Origin: Candidatus Kaelpia imicola
GTDB lineage: Bacteria > Omnitrophota > Gorgyraeia > Kaelpiales > Kaelpiaceae
Assembly: GCA_030765505.1 (NCBI GenBank)
Contig: JAVCCL010000020.1
Coordinates: 28,538-92,537, forward strand
Length of the DNA: 64,000 nucleotides
Direction: 5' to 3'
The notes below the pieces were generated by a model. It was not told the origin of the DNA. It searched no databases and saw nothing but the letters and a program-made list of their open reading frames with translations. Shown piece after piece: positions 1 through 10,451 of this stretch; the stretch's first letter is position 1, and every line of letters begins with the position of its first letter. Position numbers and translations under genes: made by a program.

Positions 1-1055
1 CTGCCAATATACAGCATTATGCAAGAATAGTCAAAGAGAAGTATGTTTTACGTTCCTTAATTAATAGCTCAACCAAAATAATAAAGAAATGTTATGACCC
101 GGTTGATAATGTAGATAGACTGCTAGATGAGTCAGAGCGTGCTATTTTTGAAATAGTTTCTCATAAGATGGAAGGTAAGATCTCTTCTATAAAAGATCTT
201 ATAAAATCCAGCATCACCACGATAGATAATCTTTATCAGCGTCAGAGTAGTATAACAGGGGTGCCGACAGGTTATAATGATTTCGATTCTTTAACAGCTG
301 GTCTTCAAAATTCAGACCTGATTGTTGTAGCCGGAAGACCTTCTATGGGTAAGTCTGCATTTATATGTTGCGTTGCAGAGCATGCAATACTTGAAGAGAA
401 AATTCCTGTTGCAATATTCAGTTTAGAGATGTCGAAAGAACAGCTAGTGCATAGAATACTCTGTTCTCATGCCCGTGTTAACGCACATCAGGTTAGACGC
501 GGGTTCTTAAGACCTGAAGATTGGCCTAAGCTTACATCTGCTGCAGGTAAGCTTGCAGAAGCACCTCTATTTATAGATGATACTGCAGGCTCCAGTGTTT
601 TAGAGTTAAGGGCAAAAGCAAGAAGATTAAAGGCTCGCCATGATATAAAGCTCATAATAGTAGACTACATGCAGCTTATGCGCAGCAGCTATCGTTCTGA
701 GAGCAGGCAGCAGGAGATATCTGAAATATCACGCAGTCTTAAAGATTTAGCAAAAGAATTAGGAGTTCCTCTTATTGCTGTGAGTCAGCTTTCGCGTGCG
801 GCTGAGATGAGACAGGATAAGAGACCGCAACTTTCTGATTTAAGGGAGTCCGGAGCAATAGAACAGGATGCTGATTTAGTTGTTTTACTTTTCAGGGAAG
901 AATATTATTCTCCTTCTGGAGAAGAGAATAAAGGTGTTGCGGATCTCATTATTGCCAAGCAGAGAAACGGTCCTGTAGATACTGTCAAGCTTGCGTTTAT
1001 TAAAGAATATACCAGGTTTGAGAACCTTTATAAAATGGAGGTTAATTTAAGTTGA
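1..1055 (+). CDS. dnaB: Replicative DNA helicase DnaB (5' truncated by window edge)
   Basis: Frame is open from nt 3 (ANIQHYARIVKEK, typical DnaB linker), so the ORF-track ATG at 168 is internal; Walker A GRPSMGKS, IVDYMQL, SQLSR, LRESGAIEQDAD, KQRNGP motifs. Confidence 0.97.
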   Translation, partial: ANIQHYARIVKEKYVLRSLINSSTKIIKKCYDPVDNVDRLLDESERAIFEIVSHKMEGKISSIKDLIKSSITTIDNLYQRQSSITGVPTGYNDFDSLTAGLQNSDLIVVAGRPSMGKSAFICCVAEHAILEEKIPVAIFSLEMSKEQLVHRILCSHARVNAHQVRRGFLRPEDWPKLTSAAGKLAEAPLFIDDTAGSSVLELRAKARRLKARHDIKLIIVDYMQLMRSSYRSESRQQEISEISRSLKDLAKELGVPLIAVSQLSRAAEMRQDKRPQLSDLRESGAIEQDADLVVLLFREEYYSPSGEENKGVADLIIAKQRNGPVDTVKLAFIKEYTRFENLYKMEVNLS

Positions 1056-3337
1056 AAGTAACAAAACTTAGTCTATCTTTTTTCTCGTTTTTGTTTTTAA
1101 TTTCTGTATCCTGGGCTCAAGATATGCCCAATATCTTAGATCTCCAGGTTGTTGGAAACAAGAATATTAGCGAATCTGCTATAATAGCTAAAATTAAAGT
1201 TAGGCCTAACCAGCTCTTCTCTCAGCAGATGATAGATGAAGATATAAAACGGCTCTATGCTACAGGGTTTTTTACTGATGTTGTTGTTGATGCGAAAGAA
1301 GAGACTGATGGCATCATTATCATATTCTATGTGAAAGAAGCACCGTATGTTGATGGAGTTATCTTTAAGGGAAATCGTATCTTTAGAGATGATAAACTGG
1401 AGAGATTGGTTAAGACTACTGGGGGGCAGTTTTTTGACAAATGGCAGCTGAAGACAGATATGGAGGAGATCAAGTTAAAGTATCAAGAGAAAGGCTTTGC
1501 AAACGTAGCTGTAGATTATGATTTAGAGATTGATCAGAATAGTGATAAGACTACGGTGGTAATTAATATTGATGAAGGGGGAAGAGTAAGGATAAGAAAG
1601 ATTGAGTTGGTTGGAGTAGAGGCTTTCAAAAAGAAGAGAATTCTTAAACTTTTGAGGACAAGAACAAAGACTTGGTTTAGATCCGGCGCTTACAAAGAAG
1701 AGGTTTTCAAGGAAGATCTGTCCAGGATAGAGGATTTTTATAAAAGAGACGGGTATCTTGATGTAGAGGTGAGCGGCGATTCGAGCTTCGATAAAAAAGG
1801 AAAGATGATTTTAACAATAAAGGTTGATGAGGGAAAACAGTATAAAGTTGGAGAAGTGTCTCTGGAGGGTAATAATGTTTTTCCTTTAAATGAAGTTGAA
1901 AGTATTCTAAAGCTCGATAGGGATAGTGTGTTTAGTTATGACTCTTTGAAGCTTGATACTCAGAAGCTGCAGGATTTTTATTTTAACAAAGGTTATATCA
2001 AGGCTCAGATTGAAACGGTACCGGTGATTAATTCAGAGACTGGGTTTGTGGATATAAAATACTCTGTAGTAGAAAACGAAATACATTATTTAGACAGGAT
2101 AGATATAAAGGGTAATGTTAAGACTAAAGATGTTGTAATACGGAGAGAGTTAAGGATGTATCCAGGTGAGAAATTTGATGGCAGCAAGATAAAGAGATCT
2201 AGGCAGAGACTTGAAAATCTGGGTTATTTTGAAGAGATAGATTTCGACATTTTTCCGACTGATGAGGAGAACAAGGAAGATTTATTGGTACGTGTAAAAG
2301 AGTCTAAAACAGGAGAGTTTAGTTTTGGCGCCGGATATAGTTCTGTTGATGAGTTTATAGGTTTTGTCGAATTGAGTCAGAGGAATTTTGACATATCCAA
2401 TCCTCCAACGTTTACTGGAGGAGGTCAGAGAATTACGCTACGCACTGAGATGGGTACAACCAGGAATGATTATGAGTTGAGCTTTACAGAACCCTGGATA
2501 TTCGGTTATCCTTATCTTTTTGGTTTTGATATCTACCAGCATTCGAGAGAACGGGAGAGTGATATCGGTTATGATTGGGATGAGGAGCGACAGGGTATAT
2601 CTTTAAGGCTAGGCAAGGAGATATCGGAGCATAATAGCCTCTACCTGAGAACGCGATTTGATAAGGTGGATATATCTAATGTTGCTGCAGATGTTTCAAA
2701 TGCTCTTAAGAATGAGGCCGGAGAGAAGAATATCTATGCTATTAAACTTACCTTCGCTAGAGACAAAAGGGATAATATTTTCGATCCCACAAAAGGATAT
2801 TATTTTAGCAGTAGCCTTGAAAATGCAGGTGGTTTTATGAGTGGAGATGTAGATTTTTTACGTCAGACGAATCAATTTAGCTGTTACTATTCAATACGTG
2901 AAAAATGGGTTTTAAATTTTAGGCTCAATTCTGGTATAATAGATACTCAGGGCGATACATCTTCCGTGCCTCTCTATGAGAGATTATTTGCAGGAGGGGC
3001 TTATAGTATTAGAGGATATGATGAGAGAAGCGTAGGGCCTAAGGATACGGTTAAGACGAGTGATCCTATTGGAGGCGAAGCGCTCTTAATAGGAAATATC
3101 GAATTGACAGTTCCTATTTATGAAAATATAAAAGGTGCTTTCTTTTACGACGTTGGTAATGTTTGGGAGAAGAAGAGTGATTTTGCTTCAGATGGGTATA
3201 AATCTTCAGTTGGTTGTGGTCTAAGATTGAATACTCCCATTGGACCTATAAAGTTGGATTATGGTTATCCTTTGGATTCGGATGAGAATGATTCTGATAG
3301 TGGAAAAGTCCATTTTAGTATGGGACACAAATTTTAA
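1052..3337 (+). CDS. bamA: Outer membrane protein assembly factor BamA
   Basis: Signal peptide, POTRA-like repeats (GNVKTKDVVIRREL), beta-barrel with IRGY motif, TPIGPIKLDYG and C-terminal Phe; TTG start overlaps the dnaB stop. Confidence 0.95.
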   Translation: MKVTKLSLSFFSFLFLISVSWAQDMPNILDLQVVGNKNISESAIIAKIKVRPNQLFSQQMIDEDIKRLYATGFFTDVVVDAKEETDGIIIIFYVKEAPYVDGVIFKGNRIFRDDKLERLVKTTGGQFFDKWQLKTDMEEIKLKYQEKGFANVAVDYDLEIDQNSDKTTVVINIDEGGRVRIRKIELVGVEAFKKKRILKLLRTRTKTWFRSGAYKEEVFKEDLSRIEDFYKRDGYLDVEVSGDSSFDKKGKMILTIKVDEGKQYKVGEVSLEGNNVFPLNEVESILKLDRDSVFSYDSLKLDTQKLQDFYFNKGYIKAQIETVPVINSETGFVDIKYSVVENEIHYLDRIDIKGNVKTKDVVIRRELRMYPGEKFDGSKIKRSRQRLENLGYFEEIDFDIFPTDEENKEDLLVRVKESKTGEFSFGAGYSSVDEFIGFVELSQRNFDISNPPTFTGGGQRITLRTEMGTTRNDYELSFTEPWIFGYPYLFGFDIYQHSRERESDIGYDWDEERQGISLRLGKEISEHNSLYLRTRFDKVDISNVAADVSNALKNEAGEKNIYAIKLTFARDKRDNIFDPTKGYYFSSSLENAGGFMSGDVDFLRQTNQFSCYYSIREKWVLNFRLNSGIIDTQGDTSSVPLYERLFAGGAYSIRGYDERSVGPKDTVKTSDPIGGEALLIGNIELTVPIYENIKGAFFYDVGNVWEKKSDFASDGYKSSVGCGLRLNTPIGPIKLDYGYPLDSDENDSDSGKVHFSMGHKF

Positions 3338-3352
3338 AAGGAGAAAAACAAT

Positions 3353-3847
3353 ATGAAAAGAATATTTTTTACACTGTTAATATCAGCTATTCTTATCTCT
3401 GGTTTTGTTGAAGCTGCTGATAAATTTGCCTGCGTAGATTTGGAACAGGTTTTTAATGAGTATCAAAAAACAAAAGATGAAGAAGCAAAGCTTACAAAGA
3501 TAGGCGAAGAGAAACAGAAAGATATAGACTCTAAGTTAAAAGAGATAGATAGATTAAAAGAGAAGCTGGATCTACTGTCGGATAAAGAGAAAGAAAAGAT
3601 AAAGGTTGAATTAAATCAGAAAATGGAAGAACTGAGACAGTTTGACCGTCAGGCAAGAACAGACTTAATGCGTCAAAGAAACGAGATAATAGAGGGGATA
3701 CTTCAAGAGATAAATAAGGTTATTGAAGATTACGGCAAGTCAAGAAAATATACTATAATGTTTAACTCTAGAGCTCTTCTTTACAAAAATAAAGATTTAG
3801 ATATTACCCAAGAAGTGATAAAATATTTAAACAAAAAATATAAGTAA
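3353..3847 (+). CDS. skp: Skp/OmpH periplasmic chaperone
   Basis: Signal peptide, coiled-coil body, C-terminal DITQEVIKYLN; located between bamA and lpxD; AGGAG SD. Confidence 0.9.
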   Translation: MKRIFFTLLISAILISGFVEAADKFACVDLEQVFNEYQKTKDEEAKLTKIGEEKQKDIDSKLKEIDRLKEKLDLLSDKEKEKIKVELNQKMEELRQFDRQARTDLMRQRNEIIEGILQEINKVIEDYGKSRKYTIMFNSRALLYKNKDLDITQEVIKYLNKKYK

Positions 3848-3874
3848 TTATTAAACCTAAGACAAGGAAGATAA

Positions 3875-4972
3875 GTGAAGGTAAATTCAGGTTACGATGA
3901 GAATGGTTTTCGCCCCCGTCTGGATTTAACGCTGACTCGTATAGCTAAGCTTATAGATGGTGAAGTTATAGGTGATGGCAGCATTATTATTAAAGGGCTA
4001 TCGGGGATTAAAGAGGCTCAAGAAGGCGATATTACATTTGTAGCCAACCCTAAATATTTTTCGCTTATAAATACAACCAGAGCGTCTGCCGTTATTACCT
4101 CGCAAGCTGTTGAAGGCACAGATAAGCCTATAATAAAGACGGAAAATCCTTCTCTTGCTTTTGCCAAGCTGGTTTCTCATTTTGCTCCTGACGAGAACGG
4201 AATAAAGCCGGGAGTCCATCCTACTGCAATAATTGGTAAAGATGTAAAGTTAGGGGAGAATGTCTCTATTGGGCCTTATGTGGTAGTATCAGATGGTGCC
4301 TTTATCGGAGATAACACTGTTTTACAAGCAGGTGTATATGTAGGAAGCTATAGTAAAATAGGGGCAAGTTGTACAATATATTCTCATGTTGCTGTAAGAG
4401 AGCGGGTAACTATAGGCAGCAATGTGATAATACATTCCGGTACAGTAATAGGTAGCGACGGTTTCGGTTATGCCACTGTTAAAGATGTCCATTACAAAAT
4501 TCCGCAAATAGGCACTGTATTTATAGAGGATGATGTTGAAATAGGAGCAAATGTGACTATTGACAGGGCTCGCTTCGGGAAGACTCATATAAAGAGGGGA
4601 ACAAAAATCGATAACCTTGTTCAGATTGCCCACAATGTTGAGATAGGCGAAAATTCTATTGTAGTAGCTCAGTCTGGGATATCCGGCAGCACTAATATAG
4701 GTAGAGGTGTTATATTGGCGGGGCAATCTGGAGTTGTTGGCCATATCAATATAGGTGATAATGCGCGTGTGGCAGCTCAGGCGGGAGTTACAAAATCAGT
4801 TCCAGAAGGTGAGGTAGTGTCGGGCTATCCTGCTAGGCCTCATGGCACGGCAAAGAGAATTAATGCCTGCGTACAGAAGTTACCAGAATTCTATAAATGT
4901 ATTAAGGGTCTTCAGAAAAAGATTGAGGATTTGGAATCAGAGTTAAGGGAGCTACGGGAAAAGGCGTCTTAA
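3875..4972 (+). CDS. lpxD: UDP-3-O-acyl-glucosamine N-acyltransferase LpxD
   Basis: Hexapeptide repeats, GSDGFGY, IGANVTIDR, KIDNLVQIAHNV. Confidence 0.96.
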   Translation: MKVNSGYDENGFRPRLDLTLTRIAKLIDGEVIGDGSIIIKGLSGIKEAQEGDITFVANPKYFSLINTTRASAVITSQAVEGTDKPIIKTENPSLAFAKLVSHFAPDENGIKPGVHPTAIIGKDVKLGENVSIGPYVVVSDGAFIGDNTVLQAGVYVGSYSKIGASCTIYSHVAVRERVTIGSNVIIHSGTVIGSDGFGYATVKDVHYKIPQIGTVFIEDDVEIGANVTIDRARFGKTHIKRGTKIDNLVQIAHNVEIGENSIVVAQSGISGSTNIGRGVILAGQSGVVGHINIGDNARVAAQAGVTKSVPEGEVVSGYPARPHGTAKRINACVQKLPEFYKCIKGLQKKIEDLESELRELREKAS

Positions 4973-4973
4973 A

Positions 4974-6290
4974 GTGGAACATCAGCATACTATTTCAAAA
5001 GATGCAGCTATCTCGGGGGTAGGTCTTCATACAGATGAGAGAGTTAATTTAAAGATTAAGCCTGGAGAGGTTGATAGCGGAATAACTTTTAGAAGAATAG
5101 ATATAGAGAGTTCTCCTCTTATACCTGCTCACATCTCGCATGTTCTAGATTTGACTTTAAGTCTTAGGCGTACGTCTATTGGCATTGATAATATAGAGAT
5201 TCATACAATAGAACATCTTATGGCTTCTTTGGCAGCCTGTAAGATAGATAATGTCTTAGTTGAGATAGATGGTGTTGAGGTTCCAGGTTTAGACGGAAGT
5301 GCTCTGCCTTTTATTGAAAAGATAAAAAATGCAGGCATAGTTAAGCAGAATGCAACAAGGAAGACTTATCGACTTAAAGAACCTATTTTAGTTGAAGATG
5401 GAGAAGCCTCCCTGATGGCTTTTCCCAGCAATAACTTAAATATCTCTTACCTTCTGAATTATGATCATCCTCAGCTTAAAACCCAATATATAAGACATGT
5501 TTTAGATGAGGGAACATTTAAAGATGAGATTGCTCCCAGCAGAACATTCTGTTTAGAGGAAGAGGCTGAAAAATTAACGGAGATGGGCTTAGGTAAGGGT
5601 GCTAATTATGACAATACGCTAGTTGTAACTGATTCAGGTGTTATAGAAAATCAATATAGAATAGAAGATGAGCCTGCAAGGCATAAGGTTCTAGATTTAA
5701 TAGGCGATCTTTATCTCGTAGGTTGTAAGTTGGAGGCTAATATAGTAGGAATAAAGAGCGGCCATCCTTTAAATATAAGGATGGTTAGAAGAATAGAACA
5801 GCAGATCAAAAGGTTTCAGCAAGCCGGGATACATAGGGGCGGATTAAAAGAGTTTGAGCTACCTTTGGGGGTGGAAGAGATAAAGCAGATACTTCCTCAT
5901 AGAGATCCTTTTCTTTTTATAGATAGTATCATAGAGATAGAAGAGGGCAAGCGTGCTGTGGGGATTAAAAAGTTGGCTTTAGACGAGTACTTCTTTAAGG
6001 GTCATTTCCCAGGGCGGCCGGTTATGCCGGGAGTGTTAATAGTTGAGGCGATGGCTCAGGTTTCAGGTGTATTGATGTTAATCCAAAAGCAACATAGAGG
6101 AAAACTTGCTTTCTTTATGGGTGTTGATAAGGTTAGATTTAGAAGGCCGGTTCTTCCTGGAGATCAATTGTATCTTGAAGCTGAAGTTGGTCGATTAAGG
6201 ACAAAGACTGGTGAGATGCATGCAAGAGCATTGGTTAACGGCAAGGTCGCGGCTGAAGCATCGCTGCTCTTTGCTTTAATTGAAAAATAG
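4974..6290 (+). CDS. lpxC-fabZ: Bifunctional LpxC deacetylase / FabZ dehydratase fusion
   Basis: N-terminal GVGLH, TIEHL, RTF and HKVLDLIGD (LpxC); C-terminal LPHRDPFLFID and FFKGHFPGRPVMPGVLIVEAMAQ (FabZ). Confidence 0.95.
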   Translation: MEHQHTISKDAAISGVGLHTDERVNLKIKPGEVDSGITFRRIDIESSPLIPAHISHVLDLTLSLRRTSIGIDNIEIHTIEHLMASLAACKIDNVLVEIDGVEVPGLDGSALPFIEKIKNAGIVKQNATRKTYRLKEPILVEDGEASLMAFPSNNLNISYLLNYDHPQLKTQYIRHVLDEGTFKDEIAPSRTFCLEEEAEKLTEMGLGKGANYDNTLVVTDSGVIENQYRIEDEPARHKVLDLIGDLYLVGCKLEANIVGIKSGHPLNIRMVRRIEQQIKRFQQAGIHRGGLKEFELPLGVEEIKQILPHRDPFLFIDSIIEIEEGKRAVGIKKLALDEYFFKGHFPGRPVMPGVLIVEAMAQVSGVLMLIQKQHRGKLAFFMGVDKVRFRRPVLPGDQLYLEAEVGRLRTKTGEMHARALVNGKVAAEASLLFALIEK

Positions 6291-6295
6291 TAAAG

Positions 6296-7060
6296 ATGAT
6301 TCATCCCACCGTAATTATCAATAGCGGATCAAAGATAGCTTCTGATGTTGAGATAGGCCCTTATACCGTTATTGGTGGCGACGTTGAAATAGCATCAGGT
6401 ACAAAGATAGCATCTTTTTGCACTATTACAGGCTATACAAAGATTGGAAAAAACAATAATATCTTCTCTAATACTGTTTTAGGAAGTATTCCTCAGGATT
6501 TAAAATATAAGGGTGAGAAGAGCAATCTCATTATTGGAGATGGAAATAAAATAAGGGAGTTTGTAACTATGAACCCTGGGACTGGTGAGGGAGGTAAGAC
6601 CGAGATAGGTAATAATAATCTGATTATGGCTTATGCGCATATTGCACATGATTGTATAATAGGAAACAATGTTATTATAGCCAATGTTGGGACTCTAGCG
6701 GGGCATGTTGAGATGGAAGATGGTGCAATACTGGGTGGTCTTGCTGCGATACATCAGTTTGTCAGAGTTGGAAGATTAGCGATCATAGGAGGATGTTCTA
6801 AGGTTACTCAAGATATACCGCCTTTCTCTATGTGTGATGGTCATCCTGCCAAATTCAGAGGTTTGAACCTTGAAGGACTTAAAAGAGCAGGATATAGTGT
6901 TGAGGAGCGGATGATTTTAAAAAAGGTTTTTAAAGTCCTCTTTCTATCTAAGCACTCTCTATCAAATGCTATAGAGATTGTTTCTAAAGAGTATAAAAGC
7001 AGAGAGATAAATTCTCTGCTTGATTTTGTGGCTAAATCAAAAAGAGGTATATGCAGATAG
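6296..7060 (+). CDS. lpxA: UDP-N-acetylglucosamine acyltransferase LpxA
   Basis: PQDLKYKGE, IREFVT, AHIAHDC, LAGHV, IHQFVRVG motifs. Confidence 0.96.
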   Translation: MIHPTVIINSGSKIASDVEIGPYTVIGGDVEIASGTKIASFCTITGYTKIGKNNNIFSNTVLGSIPQDLKYKGEKSNLIIGDGNKIREFVTMNPGTGEGGKTEIGNNNLIMAYAHIAHDCIIGNNVIIANVGTLAGHVEMEDGAILGGLAAIHQFVRVGRLAIIGGCSKVTQDIPPFSMCDGHPAKFRGLNLEGLKRAGYSVEERMILKKVFKVLFLSKHSLSNAIEIVSKEYKSREINSLLDFVAKSKRGICR

Positions 7061-7857
7061 AGAGAGTTGGTCTTATAGCGGGAGGTACAGAGTATCCTCT
7101 TTTAGCGGCGAAGCAGGCTAAATTGAAGGGAGTTCAAGTCTATGCTGTTGCTATCAAAGGTTTGACGTTATCTGAGCTTGAGAGAGAAGTGGAAGATTTA
7201 ATCTGGATAGAACTTGGTCAGTTTAAACCTTTAATAGATTTTTTCAAAAAATATGAGATATCATCTGCTATTATGGCAGGCAATGTTAAAAAAGAAGATC
7301 TATTAAAACATTTTAAGCTTGGTCCTCGAGTTTTTGCCATGATGAAAGGTTTTACTAATAAATCAGATATGAATCTACTTGATATAGTTGCTAATGAGCT
7401 AAAAAAAGTAGAAATTAAATTGCTAGATGCTAGAACTTTTCTGGATGACTATATTGTCAAGAAGGGTTGTTTGACGCAGAAGCCCCCAACAGATAAAGAA
7501 TGGGAAGATATTCGTTTTGGTTGGGATTTAGCAAAGGCGGTATCTTCTTTCGATGTCGGTTTAACTGTTGTTGTTAAAGATAGAGTAGCTCTGGCAATTG
7601 AGGCTGTTGAGGGAACTAATGAGGCTATTAAGAGGGGGGCAAATCTTGGCGGAGAAGGATTTGTTGTTGTAAAAGTGGCACGGCCTAATCAAGATATGAG
7701 ATTCGAGCTTCCTGTTGTCGGACTTGATACCATAAAGTTGTTAAAGAAGCTTAAAGCATCTATTCTTGCGATCGAGGCTGATAAGACTCTGTTTTTTGAT
7801 ATCCCTGATTCAATTAAAGAGGCAGATGGAGGCTCTATCTCTATAGTAGCGTTATAG
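7051..7857 (+). CDS. lpxI: UDP-2,3-diacylglucosamine diphosphatase LpxI
   Basis: GLIAG, AIEAVEGT, VKVARPNQDMRFELPVVG motifs; follows lpxA. Confidence 0.9.
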   Translation: MQIERVGLIAGGTEYPLLAAKQAKLKGVQVYAVAIKGLTLSELEREVEDLIWIELGQFKPLIDFFKKYEISSAIMAGNVKKEDLLKHFKLGPRVFAMMKGFTNKSDMNLLDIVANELKKVEIKLLDARTFLDDYIVKKGCLTQKPPTDKEWEDIRFGWDLAKAVSSFDVGLTVVVKDRVALAIEAVEGTNEAIKRGANLGGEGFVVVKVARPNQDMRFELPVVGLDTIKLLKKLKASILAIEADKTLFFDIPDSIKEADGGSISIVAL

Positions 7858-7914
7858 CGATTACATTCCGTTATTTGATAGAAAATATTGCCTCAATCTA
7901 TTATATTATTCACT

Positions 7915-9798
7915 ATGTTAAGCTCTCAAAAATTGTACGATACTATTGTTGTCGGTGCTGGTCATGCAGGTATTGAAGCTGCTCTGGCATCTGCTCGTAT
8001 GGGTTCTGAAACACTTCTTTTAACTATGAGCATAGCAAATATTGCCCAGATGTCTTGTAATCCTGCAATAGGAGGGGTAGGCAAGGGTCAGCTTGTCAAG
8101 GAGATTGATGCCCTCGGCGGTGAGATGGCAAAAGCTATAGATGAAGCTGGAATACAGTTTAGAATCTTAAATTCTTCAAAAGGTGCAGCAGTTCGCTCTT
8201 CCCGGGCTCAGGCAGATAAGGTGAGGTATAGTCTCTATATGAGAAGAGTGCTTGAAGGACAAGATAATTTAGATATAAGAGAAGCTAAAGTAGTAAGCCT
8301 TATAGTAAAAGATAAGAGCGTTAAAGGTGTTCTAACGGAAGATTCTGTTGAGTTTAAGGCTAAGACTGTAATTTTGACTCCGGGAACATTCTTAAATGGT
8401 TTAATACATATAGGATTGGATAGCTATTTTTCAGGGAGGATGGGTGAAGGGGCAAGCTTAGCGCTCTCTGAAAATCTTAAAGAATTGGGTTTTGAGATAG
8501 GAAGATTTAAAACGGGTACACCTGCGAGAATCTATAAAAATTCAATAGATTTTTCTAAGATGCAAGTTCAACATGGCGATTATCCGATACCGTTTTTTTC
8601 ATTCTGGACTAAAAATAAAGAATTGGAGCAGATTGACTGTTTTCTGACTTATACAAATAAGGCAACTCATGAGATAATCAGGGATAATTTGGATAGATCT
8701 CCTCTATATTCAGGCCGTATTAAAGCAACAGGAGTGAGGTATTGCCCGTCTATTGAAGATAAGGTAGTCAAGTTTCCGCATCACGAGCGCCATCTGGTCT
8801 TTTTAGAACCTGAAGGTCTTCAGACAGATGAATATTACCCCAACGGAATCTCAAACTCTCTCCCTATAGATCTACAGATTAAAATGGTGAAAACTATTCC
8901 AGGTTTAGAGAGGGCTGAGTTTGCAAAGCCGGCATACGGAATAGAACATGATTATATAGATCCGACTCAGTTATATCCGACATTAGAGACAAAGCTGATT
9001 AAAAATCTTTACCTTGCCGGGCAGATTAACGGAACTACTGGCTATGAAGAAGCAGCAGCTCAGGGACTTATGGCGGGAGTGAATGCAGCTTTAAGGGTTA
9101 AAGGTAAGGCTGATTTTATCCTAGATAGGAGTCAGTCCTATATCGGGGTTTTGATAGACGAGCTTGTTACTAAGGGTACAGATGAGCCTTTCAGGATGAT
9201 GACTTCCCGGGTTGAATTTAGATTGCTATTGAGGGAGGATAATGCTGTTTTAAGGTTAAGCGAATTTGGTTATAAGTTAGATTTGCTTACCAAGGAGAAG
9301 TATAAAGATGTTTTAGGTTTTAAAGATAGAATAGCAGAGGCAGGGGAATATTTGAAAAGGAATAGAATAAGAACTGAAATATTAGGAGAGAAGATGCCTT
9401 CGTTAGGAATTTTAAACTCAAGGCAGTCTTTAAACTACGAGAGTTTACTACGGCGGCCTGAAATCGATTTTAATCATATTAAACTATTGGATGATAAGAT
9501 TGCTGGATTTGATGACAATATTTTAAATCAGATAGAGATAGAGCTAAAATATGAAGGCTATATTAAAAGACAGTTTAAGCAGGTTGAAGAGTTTAGAAAG
9601 ATTGAGAACATAAAGCTGTCATTTGATTTAAATTATAAGAATATGTCCGGATTGTCATTAGAGGCAAAAGAGAAGTTAAATAAGCTTAAACCTCTGAGTT
9701 TAGGGCAGGCATCGCGTATCCCGGGTATTACACCTGCAGCCATTGCGTGCCTTATGGTCTATTTAAAGAAAAATAAATCATGGAAGGAAAAGAATTAG
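7915..9798 (+). CDS. mnmG: tRNA uridine-5-carboxymethylaminomethyl(34) synthesis enzyme MnmG/GidA
   Basis: [41 protein letters not shown]; ATG 7915 preferred over TTG 7888. Confidence 0.97.
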   Translation: MLSSQKLYDTIVVGAGHAGIEAALASARMGSETLLLTMSIANIAQMSCNPAIGGVGKGQLVKEIDALGGEMAKAIDEAGIQFRILNSSKGAAVRSSRAQADKVRYSLYMRRVLEGQDNLDIREAKVVSLIVKDKSVKGVLTEDSVEFKAKTVILTPGTFLNGLIHIGLDSYFSGRMGEGASLALSENLKELGFEIGRFKTGTPARIYKNSIDFSKMQVQHGDYPIPFFSFWTKNKELEQIDCFLTYTNKATHEIIRDNLDRSPLYSGRIKATGVRYCPSIEDKVVKFPHHERHLVFLEPEGLQTDEYYPNGISNSLPIDLQIKMVKTIPGLERAEFAKPAYGIEHDYIDPTQLYPTLETKLIKNLYLAGQINGTTGYEEAAAQGLMAGVNAALRVKGKADFILDRSQSYIGVLIDELVTKGTDEPFRMMTSRVEFRLLLREDNAVLRLSEFGYKLDLLTKEKYKDVLGFKDRIAEAGEYLKRNRIRTEILGEKMPSLGILNSRQSLNYESLLRRPEIDFNHIKLLDDKIAGFDDNILNQIEIELKYEGYIKRQFKQVEEFRKIENIKLSFDLNYKNMSGLSLEAKEKLNKLKPLSLGQASRIPGITPAAIACLMVYLKKNKSWKEKN

Positions 9799-10451
9799 TA
9801 AATAAATTAGAGAGTTTTATTTTGGGAGAGAGAGCAGCTGTTTTTGGAACAGCTTTTGTTGAAAGTATAAAATCCGAGTTCAAACTATCACAAGGTGAGA
9901 TGGAAGGCTTAGATCACGCTATAAGTTTTGGTTTTAAATTATCCAGCGCGGTTTTAGATGGTATTATTGAATACCCTACAAAATTATATTTTCATCACTA
10001 TAGGATGGTTAATATGTTTTTAGACCAGCTCTCCTTAAAGGTTGTTAGAATAATCGAAAAAGAGGGTTTTAGGGCTCTAGCCATACCGGCTTCACAGATT
10101 GTCGATTGGAAGAGACAGACTTCTTATCTATCGCATAAAAAGGTAGCCTATCTATCTGGTTTAGGCTGGATAGGCAGAAACAATCTCTTGGTTCACCCTG
10201 AGTTTGGTTCTCAATTGAGGTTTGCTACTGTTTTAACCAGCCTTAAACTGCCTTCTAAAGAGCCTCTAGGATTTGGCTGCGGAGATTGTAGGCTATGTAT
10301 CTCCTCTTGTCCTGTTGGAGCGATAACAGATGATCCAGAAGACTTTAATCACTTGGCCTGTTATAATAAACTAGATGAGTTTAAAAAGAAGAACTTTGTA
10401 GGTCAACATATCTGTGGAATATGTGTTAAGGTATGCAGAGTAAAGGCATAA
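9780..10451 (+). CDS. QueG-like (epoxyqueuosine reductase family) 4Fe-4S protein, short form
   Basis: [27 protein letters not shown], CxxCxxCxxxCP and CGICVKVC clusters; exact function uncertain. Confidence 0.7.
   Translation: MEGKELVNKLESFILGERAAVFGTAFVESIKSEFKLSQGEMEGLDHAISFGFKLSSAVLDGIIEYPTKLYFHHYRMVNMFLDQLSLKVVRIIEKEGFRALAIPASQIVDWKRQTSYLSHKKVAYLSGLGWIGRNNLLVHPEFGSQLRFATVLTSLKLPSKEPLGFGCGDCRLCISSCPVGAITDDPEDFNHLACYNKLDEFKKKNFVGQHICGICVKVCRVKA

Noticed and set aside
1-1055. Intein in dnaB (also considered for rtcB)
   Set aside because: Conserved motifs are contiguous and the lengths are normal
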